A stretch of 64,000 nt of DNA from NCBI RefSeq assembly GCF_018350175.1, contig NC_058369.1, positions 12,896,001 to 12,960,000 on the forward strand. The letters run 5' to 3'. This stretch comes from Felis catus. Taxonomy: Eukaryota. The position numbers and the translations under genes are program-made. The notes under the pieces are model-generated. The model was given only the letters and a program-made list of their open reading frames with translations. It was not told the DNA's origin and made no database searches. Below, one piece after another: positions 23,032 through 40,400 of the stretch (its first letter is position 1; each line of letters starts with the position of its first letter).

Positions 23032-23400
23032 CTCATCGAGGGCCCCGTAGCCCAGGGCAGGGCGGAGGGGTCCCGGGCGGAGAATCCTGCGTCCGCCTGC
23101 GGCGCCGTTTTACATGGTGGCACGGGGTCGACCCAGGCGCGTCTACGCGGGCAGCCTCGGGCCCACGGCGGTCAGCGCGGGGGCATCCCGCGGCCGCTCA
23201 GAGAGCCGGCCCTTTAATTCTCTCTCCGGGGGGGGAAGGGCCGCATGCCGACGGTCAGGCACCTCGGCCAATCACAGCTATGAACCGACCTGGCCTAGTT
23301 AGACTGCCAATCATAGGCCGCAGCTCGGGGATGGAGGCGGGCTCATGAAGTAACGACCCCGCCCCCTTTAGGGGCTTAACAAGGTGGAGGGAGGGATTGG
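23032..23400 (-). promoter_or_regulatory. ABHD8: ABHD8 CpG promoter and non-coding exon 1
   Basis: Donor GAG|GTGAGC on the minus strand at 23032/23031; CCAAT boxes near 23268 and 23307; GC box near 23360; TATA-like ATTAAAG near 23215. Confidence 0.7.
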
Positions 23401-24999
23401 GCCTGGCCCCAAGGCCGAGAAGGGGGCCCAAACCGGGGTCTGCGGAGCTCCTGGGAGGTAGCAGCTGGAGCCCTTTACTGCGAAGAGGATCCCCTCGGCT
23501 AGCCTCTGCCTCCAAACTGCCCTGTACCCTCCAAAGGGGGCCCCATGGTCCTCTCTCTGTGCTGACCTTTCTGTTCTAGAGGTTCCCAGATCTTTCCAAT
23601 TTCAGGTGGGGAAACTGAGGCTCATGAAGGGCACAAAGTCACAAGGCAAGATGTGGGACTGTAGGGCAGAAGTGGACTTAAAACCACGGCTTTGTGATAT
23701 CAAGTCCCGGAAATTATTATTCGTTAAACCTTTAAACAGATGAATTGGAATGTCACAGACGAGCCAGTTTAACCGTTGGTCAATTTAACCGGTGACTCCG
23801 TGGTCCCAGCTGGAGTCAGAGATCCCAAGGTTCAAATTGAGTCTCTGCCCTTTGTTGATATGTGACCTTGGGCCAGCCACTTTTCTGAGACTCCTTATTT
23901 CTCTATGAAATTAATCCCCTGAGTTTGCTATGCAGCTAAAAACACCCAGCACGATGAGTGCTCAATACATTATTGACACGATTATTGTACTGGTTTAGTA
24001 GTATAATACTACTCACTTAATAGTGGTTTGCTAAGTGATGGTGCAGGTAGGATGGACTTCAGAGGACAAGGGGTTAACCATTCCTTGCCCACTCCCAGCT
24101 CCTGGAATTTGCTGCCAGAGCTGGATTAGGTCCCACCACCCACTCTTGCCCACTCAGGGTGCTCCTGGGAGACTACAGTTGATTCATGCAGTAAACAGTC
24201 CCCTTCGCCCCTCTCTGGGCCCTCCACGTTGCGAGATTCTGGGGAGCCTGCAGCGACTCAGCCCCAAGCCTGGCCCTTGAGGGGTCCCTGGGCTTTTGGG
24301 AGAGTCTGGGGAGAGCTATATGGGGGCACGGTTGGGCCAAAGGGAGGGAGGGGGTTGGGGAAGAAGAAAATATCCGAGGATTTTAAAAGATGAATGGGGA
24401 TGGGGGAGATGAATAGGGGAATATCAGGCATTGGAAAGTGTCGCTGAAATTTATTGTGTGTGTGTGTGTATGGAGGGCTTCATATGCTTGCCAGAGGAGC
24501 TGGGTATTTTTCGTGGGGCAATGGGGAGCCATAGAAGCTGTGTGAGAAGGGAAAGGGCTCGGATATGAGTATTAGAAAAAAAATTTCTAGGGCCTGAGGG
24601 GAGCCACCACCAAGGGCAAGCTTGAAACCCATGAGTTTTACACTGAGAAACTGAATCCCGGAGAGGAGCAGGGACCACCCCAAGGACATCCGGCCAACAT
24701 CAATTCAGGTCTCCTGGGCACCCCGCCAAAGAGCAGAGACTTGGCTGGGCCCTTAGAAATGCTGCCAGCCAGCTGTGTGCCATCTGCCTGCCTCCTGCTG
24801 GGGAAGGAGGATCAACCAGCCGTTTCCTGAGGCTGCCCCCAGCTGCGCCCACGGTCACCTCCCGGCACCCTCTGCTGGTCGACGGGAGAAGGAACGACGG
24901 CTCCCAGCAACGTCTTGTACGCAGGCGCATGCCGAAGAGGTGCCGTTCGTCTGCCACCTGTTGGTCGACATGAAGAAGTACACTCCCTTGCCGGCAAGG

Positions 25000-25170
25000 A
25001 CGCGCACACAGATGGGACGCAGGCGCAGAACTGCAACTCCAGGAGGACCCGGTGGCCATTGGGCTCCGCTGTAGGAGAAACTACATTTCCCATAAGTTTT
25101 CGCACTGCAGCGGCAGAGCCTATAAGCTTTGGAATAGCCGGCGTGTGGACCGCGCGACGTGCGGCTGGAC
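25000..25170 (+). promoter_or_regulatory. MRPL34 promoter
   Basis: ZNF143-type ACTACATTTCCCA at 25080-25092, TATA-like TATAAG near 25121, CpG-rich. Confidence 0.6.
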
Positions 25171-25669
25171 ATGGCTTTCTTGGTCGGATCCCTAGGTCGC
25201 CAGTTGGGCCGCCTGAGGTGAGTCCTTACGGGGATCCTTCCCCAAATTTGGAAGTAACGGCGGTGTCCCGCGCTGGTGCCAGCTGTATACGGACAACATG
25301 ACTTGCCAACGCCTTGCGCCTTTATGGAGCGCCTCTTGCAGCCAGGCTCCGTCCCGGCACGGATAGGGAAGCCGAGGCTCCAGACTGGTTGAGCGTCACG
25401 CCGAAGTCACAGAGCTCCCCCTCTGACCTTTCGCACCGTCTCTCTACCCCCGCAGGTGGCTCCAGCCCCGGGCCTGGCTGGGACTCCCCGACGCCTGGGG
25501 ACTCCTCGCCGCACAGCAGAGCCGGGGAAAGGCGCGCGGGAACGAGTATCAGCCGAGCAACATCAAACGCAAGCACAAACACGGCTGGATCCGGCGCTTG
25601 AGCACGCCGGCCGGCGTCCAGGTCATCCTTCGCCGCATGCACAAAGGCCGGAAGTCTCTGAGCCATTGA
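25171..25669 (+). CDS. MRPL34: Mitochondrial ribosomal protein L34 (bL34m), 86 aa. Exons 25171-25217, 25456-25669
   Basis: [16 protein letters not shown]|WLQPRAWLG...[46 protein letters not shown] carries the L34 signature. ATTAAA poly(A) signal at 25698-25703. Confidence 0.96.
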
Positions 25670-26959
25670 GGATTGCGACGCCGACCGCGGGACCCCCATT
25701 AAAGCCTTTGTCTCTCCTGGGACCTCTCTTGCTCTTGCTTTTGTGGGGAGCCCGGACGACTCAGACATGCGTGCACCTCAAATTGTGGGGTTGGCCCAGG
25801 GGGAGAAGTCTGGGGCTGGACTGAGAGTGGGAGTAGGAAGTCAGACCTAGTCCCTTTCTACGATTTTTGAATTAGGAAGAATTTTGAACACACGGCAACA
25901 GCCCACTGAATAGCACAGTGAACCCCGTGTACTCTGTACACAGCTCTGACCACCAGTTACCCCCAACCCACCTGCCCCCTCCTGTGTTATTTTGGAGCAA
26001 ATCTCAGGCATCGGGTTATTTCTTCTGTAAGTATATCAGAATGCATCTCTTCTAGAAAAAGCCTTTTTAAACACTCCAGGCCTGGTGACAGGCCTTTTAA
26101 GAACCTAACCAAAACAACTTTTCACACCTAAAACAAATGGTTAACGTTGTTCCTTAATATCATTAAGTGTCTAATAAATGTCCGAATTTCCATTTGTCTT
26201 CTACCTGTCATAATTTTCCACAGGTCTGGGGAGGCTTGTGGGGAGGGGGTTGGTGTTGGAATTCACTTGCTTCTTGGGGATGCCTTGTATGACCTTGAGC
26301 AAAGGCCTTAACCCTCTGAGGCTCATTTGGCTTCTATGAATTGAGGTGCTTGTTTCTCCTTTGCTGTGTTGTTGGAATAATAATACTTCATAGTTTCCAC
26401 TTAATACTACTGAGTATTTCCTATGTACTGGGTGTCGGGTCCTTGTCCTTGGCAGGCTATCAGTCTGATGGGCAGGGTAGGAGCACTTGATTTGTACCCA
26501 GGCAGCTCGGAGACAGCGGAGTCAGGGCTGAGAGGAGGATTGCGAGGGCTGTGGGACTCTAGAGGAAGTGCCTGGCTTAGACTTGGGAAGAATGAAATCA
26601 GAGAAGGCTTCCTGGGAGAAGTACCAGGATCTGGGAGGGCCCAAAGGGAGAAGGGATTAGACCCAGGTGTCAAGATAAAAGGTGCCTGAGAGATGCCGGA
26701 GGGTTCCAAAATTCGGGGCCAGGGAGATGGGACTGCATCCCTGGGGGACTGGGGAGCCACGGGGGCATTTGGACAAGAGAATCTGAGCTGTCGGTTGAAA
26801 GATATTAAGCAGCAAGTGCAGAACAGTTTAGATCTGTTAACAGGTTAGGACCCTGGGGAGGAGGCTGGGAGTGTTACGGTGGGTCCTTGTCTTCCGGGCT
26901 GCTGTGGAAACTCCATGAGCCACCACATGAAAAAGTGAAGTAAACGCTAGAAAGTCGAG

Positions 26960-27342
26960 AGACTAGCGGAACCTCCCGGAGTTGTGGACTACAAATCCCA
27001 AGAGACTTCGGGGGCACGGCCTCCGCCTACTTCCGGATTTTGCGCCTTCGCCTCCAATTCCCGGGCGGGGTTTTGCTTCCTCAACCGAACTTGACCACCA
27101 AAGGAGGAGGTGTGGTGGCCAATGGACGCGTGACTTAGTGGGATCTGGCCAATGGAAGCGCGCAGAGGCCGCTATCCTTGGGGCGGGGCTAGAGTGCAAG
27201 CCAATGAGGGGGGGCGGCGGCGCCATCAGTGTGGGCTGTGCCGTGGCTGGAAGTTACTGTGCGGCGGCGGCTAAGAAGGCGGCTGTGGTGGCGGCGGCGG
27301 TGGCTGAGGCGGTGGCTGAGGCAGCGACGGAGGAAACAGAAG
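26960..27342 (+). promoter_or_regulatory. DDA1 CpG promoter and GGC-rich 5' UTR
   Basis: ACTACAAATCCCA at 26988-27000, ACTTCCGG, three CCAAT boxes, GGGGCGGGGC, GGCGGC-rich leader. Confidence 0.7.
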
Positions 27343-34469
<7,127 letters not shown>

Positions 34470-35022
34470 GACTCTCGCTCCCCACAGGCGCCTCCTGTCT
34501 TGTCTGCTCCTCGCCCGCCCGCCTTGTGTAAGCGCCCCCCACCCTGCCCCCCACCGGCCCGCCCCCCGCCCTACAATCCATACCACTTCCAACCTCATAG
34601 GAGCCGATGTATTTATTTTCCTTGAGTTTTTATTTATGCTGTAAAATGTACCAAGCGATGGTTAAAGGGGACGTCAGACCCAGTAGTGTGATGTTGGTAG
34701 ATGCTTTTTAAAAAACATTGTTATTCACAACCCCTCCCCCCCCAGAGCCCCCTTTGTGCCCCCACAAGCCCCCAGTTCTCCTCCGGAAAAACCAGAGCGT
34801 GTCTGCAAGGGCCTAGAGCCGGGGCCCTGCTGTGGCCCGGCAGCATGCGTGGGAGCCCTTCTCTCTGCTCCTGCTCTCCAGTCCGGGCCTTACAGACTTG
34901 GCTTGGACCTGTGTCGTGCCCAGGCTTTGCTCTGAATGTGTGCCAGGGGGAGAAGTCGGCATTTCCGGATCTTTCTCTTAAGTCATTTTATCATGGACTA
35001 GTGCGTGCTCCGTGTCCACCCC

Positions 35023-35028
35023 AATAAA
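35023..35028 (+). terminator. DDA1 proximal poly(A) signal AATAAA
   Basis: Canonical hexamer about 550 nt after the stop codon. Confidence 0.65.
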
Positions 35029-37112
35029 AGGATCTTTCCTACTCGACCTCGCGTCTTGGCTCCGTATGCCTCAGCCCCAGAGGACGGAGTCACTGAGAGT
35101 CATCTCATCACCACCAAGAGGAGCCAAGAGGGCCCCCCCACATGCTGGGGCCCTGGGACCCACTGGATTCTCTCACGGGCCTGCTGTGGCCGCCTCGCTC
35201 AGAGCCAAGACCTGCCTGGACCCACCCCCCATGCCTCACCTGTCAAGGTGTCCCAGAGGACCAGGACACCCCTGAGAGATGGTCCGTGTTGCCAAGGACG
35301 TAACTGTGGTCAGCCCCACACCCTGGATGCCTTGAGTCAGGGTGGTGTGCCCACCGGCCACTGTGGAGACCGCCCAGGTGGCATGGCCTTGAGCGCCCCT
35401 GGTTCAGAGACGAGGCACATGGAGCTCTGAGGAATGCCCAGCCCTGGAGCTGTCGGTCAGCAAGTTACACAGCCACTGGCGGGCTGTCAGCCAAGCTGGG
35501 TTTGGGCCCGAGCTTGGAGACGTAGAGGGCATTCGGGCTCCAGGCAGAAGGTCTGAGGCCTCAAACGCTGGGCCTGAGGCCAGGGGGAACGCTGCTTCTC
35601 CCCACCCACCAGCCCCAAGTAGGGGCCGTGGCCTGGGAGCTGAGCGCTGCAGCCTTGAGGGCGGTGAGGGGTTGGGCTGTGGAGCTGGAAGGAATGCCAG
35701 GCTTTATGGGGTGCCACCAGATTATCACCGTGGAGGTCCCTGCCTGAGCCAGACTGCTCCAGCCTGGGCCGCCCGGCGCCTCCCACGGTGGAAGGTTCTG
35801 GGGGTCACCACCGAGCTGTGCCCTGTGGGGCCAAGGGGCTTTTCCTCCCAGCTTTGGGTGGCATTTACGCCTGTGTTGAGTCCCTGTGGTCACAAGGCAG
35901 GTGCTCACAAGACGCAAGCTTGCTCTCGGTGGTGCTGTGGTGGACTGAGGCCCCAGAGGCTCTCAGACTCCTTGGAATCCCCAGTCTCAGGGGTTGGTCT
36001 GACCTAGGCAGGCACGTGGTGTCACTGATGGTTAGTGAATAGACTTCAGCTTCAAAGTGTATGGGATAGTGAGAGCCGGTGGCACCCCTGCCCTCGTCTC
36101 TGTGGCCCCGGTTCCCCTGTGAGGGACTGGGTTAATCTCCTGTCAGTGTCAGCCACGGCTTGGGCAGGGGTCCCGTGGCCATGGCCCACCTAGGCCTCCC
36201 TGTGTTCTCCCTGGTGCAGGTGTCCCTCAGCCAGCCTCTGCCCAGCTCTCCTGCCTCTGGGACCGCCCCTTATTCCTCCGCTCCTTCAGACACCAAACTC
36301 TGCCTTCCCTCACCTCTGTGCCTTTGCACAGGCTGCTCTCCTGCCTCCAGTGAACCCCGGTTTCTCTTTCACAGCCCTCCAAAGTGCCCCTGACTCACAC
36401 TGGCTCCCCCTGGTCTCCTTCAGCCACGGGGCAGGGCCCATCAAGCTCTGAGCCTTTGGATGTGGACATGCTTGAGGGGGAGGGGCCGCGTCCCATCCCT
36501 GACCACGCAACAAAGAGTCCCAGCAGCTTGGGTCTGACAGCAATCCCACAGTGGGGCATCCTGGCCACTCCCCAATGGCATCCCCAAAAGTGCCATCCCC
36601 TCAACATCGAGACTCGGGTGCCAGGTGCCTTCCGATTTTCATACCCCAAGTTCCTTTCACTGCTCTGGCTCCTCAGATGGCAGCCTGGGAGGCAGTTATC
36701 CCAGAAAGTGCGGCCTAGAGGACCGTGTCACCTCACCCTGCAGGGCCGAGGCCAACTCAGGACCTGGGCCTGGCACCCAAACTGCTGAGTCCTTTCAACA
36801 CTTTCGAGATGTCTTCCTTTGTCTAGGAAGCTGAAGCCAGGGCCTCAGGCTCTGCAGCTCCTCCCAGGGGCCCCAGGCCTGGACTCGGCCCCCAAATCTG
36901 GGCCGTCTCAGAGTTGGCGCAGTCTGGAGTTTTCCATCTGTGGCCTCAAGACCCAGTTCTTAGGAGGAGGCCCCCAAGGGTCACAGGATGGGAGGGGCAC
37001 CCACCCTAGGCCTGCTAGGTCCCCAAAAAGCCGGCGCCAACTACAAGTCACTGGGCCCTCTGACCCCCCTCCCTTCCACTGCTCTGTCCTCGGGCACTGT
37101 TGAAATATACTT

Positions 37113-37118
37113 TTTATT
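37113..37118 (-). terminator. ANO8 poly(A) signal AATAAA
   Basis: TTTATT on the + strand, about 300 nt past the ANO8 stop. Confidence 0.75.
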
Positions 37119-37410
37119 GCATTTCTGCCGTTTTACAAAAATATGACAAAATAAATTAAAAACAAATAAATAATCGCCTATTCTGTGTGTTTTCTGTTGG
37201 TTTTGGGGGGTTTCCTTTCCCCCATCCCGGTCGAAAGGAAAACGGCAGATGGGGGGGGAGGGGTGGGCCCGGCCCCCGGCCCTGCCCCAGGATGGGGCAG
37301 CCAATACTGGGGGCCGTCGAGCCGAAGCGCGTTTTCTGGGTGGCGGCCGCCGCCCCGGTCCACGACTGATATTGCATATGAGAACAGGAAGGCAGGGCGG
37401 GCGGGTGGAG

Positions 37411-40400
37411 CTAATGCCAGCCGCTGGGCCAGCACACGGCCTGGGGGCTGGGGCTGGGGCTGGGCGAGGGCGCCGGGGGCTCCGGGGGCTCGGAGGTGGG
37501 CGGCAGCGGCGGGGGCGGGAGGCTGTAGAAGCTGGCGTCCCCCGGCAGGGGCTGCGGGGCGGGCGGGGGCCCGGCGAGGGCGCAGGGCGGGCACTCGGCG
37601 GCGGCGGGGGCGGGGGCCTGGCGGGGGGCGGCGCCCTCGCCCCCGCAGCCCCACGGCCCGTCCCACTGCCAGCAGCCTGCGGGCGGNNNNNNNNNNNNNN
37701 NNNNNNNNNNNNNNNNNNNNNNNNNNNNNNNNNNNNNNNNNNNNNNNNNNNNNNNNNNNNNNNNNNNNNNNNNNNNNNNNNNNNNNNNNNNNNNNNNNNN
37801 NNNNNNNNNNNNNNNNNNNNNNNNNNNNNNNCGCCGCCGGACCCCGCTCGGACCCTGCCCGCGCTCCCTCCCGGGCTTCCAGGCACCTCGAGGGCCTTAT
37901 TGCTTCTGATCAGTGACAAGGGGTGGGCGTCTTCCGGTGCATCCCCTGCCTCTGGGCACTGGGCCCCTCCCCGTCACGGGGGGGAGGGGACAGTCTGAGG
38001 AAGTCCCTCTGATTTCTGACCTGCGTCCCTGGTGTTGCAGCTGCCACCTCTCGGGCTCCCTGGGGGATGAGCTGCTGGAGCCTGGAGCTGGGTTGGGCTG
38101 GGGTTGGGGCTAGCAAAGTGGGCTGGGGGGGGGGGGGGGAGGGGGAGGGGGCGGGTGGGCACGAGGCTTGCACCTCTGCTCAGCGCGAATCCGGGTGCAG
38201 CCTGTGGCCGAGCACGCCGAGCTCCCTGGGTAGGCAGCCCTGGCCCCCACCTCCAAGGAAGGCCTCCCTGAACAGCAGGGCTGCAGGTTAGGGACTTGCA
38301 TAGAGGCCCGGGGGGGGGTCCAGTCCCCCCAGAATGAGCTGGGTGTGGGGTCTCATAGGGGCAGGAGAGGCTGAGCCAGGTGGGGAAGAAGCCTCCTGCA
38401 TCTCTCCTGGCACCAGAGCATGGAGGGCAGGGTGCCCTGGGAGGGCCGCCGGGACAGGGGGCTTTGGCTGTCAAGGGTCCCGGAGATACTGAGCAGGCTT
38501 TGACTGAGAGGCTCCACGTACCGCGTACCCAGGTTCCCAACCGGTACAGAGACCGGGCCTCCTCTGTCCCCTTCAGCCCCTCTCCCCAGGCCTGGCCACC
38601 CCACCCCTTCCCGCAAAGCCCAGCCCAGAGTCCCCACCCCCGAGTTAAAGCTTGTGACCTGAGCCTTCCTCTTCAGGCCGGGGGGCGTCCGGCTCCTCAG
38701 CCGCAGCCTCGTCCACCGGCCCACTCCGCTGGGCTCGGCCTCCTCCGCCGCTGGGGGTCCCATCCAGCCGGGCCTGCCCACCTGCCCCGTTGGACCCGGC
38801 GTCAGCCCGGGCCCCACCGAAAGGAAAGAGCTTGCCAGCGTGGAAGGCCTTGGGCGGTGAGTGGCTACGCTCTGGGTCCCGCCGTGTCTCAGGTGACTTG
38901 AGGAACTTGAAGCTGAGGAAGGCTGGCAGGCGGGTGTCGCTACCCGTGGGTGACTGGGCAGGGGGTGGCCGGGCGGCAGGGCCAGCCCCCGCGCTGGCCA
39001 GTGAGGATGCGGCCCCAGACGACAGGAACTTGCCCTGCAGCGGGATGATCTGTTTCAGCTTCATGACGTTGTTGGGTGCCAGCAAGGACCCCGGGCGCTT
39101 GGGCCGCTCTTGCCCGTGGCCGCCTGCCCCACTGCCCTTGGCCTTGGCAGAGGCCTTCTCAGGGGCAGCAGGGTCCAGCCCTGAGCCTTCGGCCCGAGCC
39201 TCCTCCCGGCCGCTGGCATCGCGCTCTCGCCGGGCATGGTGCTCCGCGTGGCGCTGGCGCTCCTCCTCCTCCCGCCGCCGCCGCTGCTGCTGCTGATAGC
39301 GGTGCTGGGCCTGGCGTTCGTGTCTCTGTGGGCAGAACAGAGCCATTAAAGGGACTGGGCAGAAAAGGTGTGTGAGCCCCCCCCCCCCCCCCCCAGGCCC
39401 ATGCTGGTGCACCCTGCAGAAGCCGAGAGAGATCCAAACACTTACTGGGCACCAGCTGCATTCCTGGACCCACACTGGGGCTTTCTGTGGAAGTCGGGAG
39501 AGATCTAAACACTTTTTGGGTACCATTTGCATCCCCGAGCCCACCCTGTGGCTCTCTGAGGTAGTAGGGAGAGATCTAACCCCTTATTAGGCACCAACTG
39601 CATTCCCGGATTCATGCCGGTGCTTTCTGAGAATCGAGAAGAGAATTTCTGAGAATTGACAAGAGAACCGACTGGGGGGGCTCAGTTGGTGAAGCATCCA
39701 ACTCTTGGTTTCGGCTCTGGTCGTAACCTCGCGGTTCGTGGGTCTGAGCCCCACATCGGGCGCACCGACAGCACGGAGCCTGTTTGGGATTCCCTGTCTC
39801 CCTCTCATTGCCCCTCCCCCACTTGCTCTCTATCCTCTTCTCTCTCTCTAGAACTAAAGAAACAAACATTAAAAAAAAAAAAAAAAGAATTGAGAAAGGG
39901 GGTAAACACATATTGGTTCTTGACTGTCCCCTGCCTTCCGGAGAACCAGCGATAGAGTCATGAGTGGCACAGGCCAGACTCCACGCTGGCCAGTCCAGGA
40001 GCCTGCAGCCCCACGTGGCTTTGTCAACGTCGGTTTCAATAATTTCGAATAAAATGGCAAAACAAAATAAAGTGCGATGCGAATTCCGCCTCTCAGCTGT
40101 ACCGGCCCCATTTCAAGTACTCGTCGGCCGCCCGGAGCCAGGGGCCACCCAGGCAGCGCAGACAGAGGCCATCTCGGTCATTGTGCAGAGTGCCGCCCGG
40201 CGCTGGTGAGCTCCTTGGCCCACTCTGCAGCTTTCTGAGGAATGTGGCAGAAGCCGGGCTTCTAGGAAGCATCAGCTGTGTCCTTGGCCCCAAACGGGAC
40301 ACCGCCGGTGAGCTGGCCGATGACTAAATGTTCACAAGTGCCAGCCTGCTGCTGGACGCCACCGGGATTCCGGGAGGGGACCGGCCGGTGCGGAGTGCTA

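Noticed and set aside
23760-23800. Tandem TTTAACCG motifs (MYB-like) between ABHD8 and MRPL34
   Set aside because: Short motifs next to MIR-derived sequence; not enough evidence for function.
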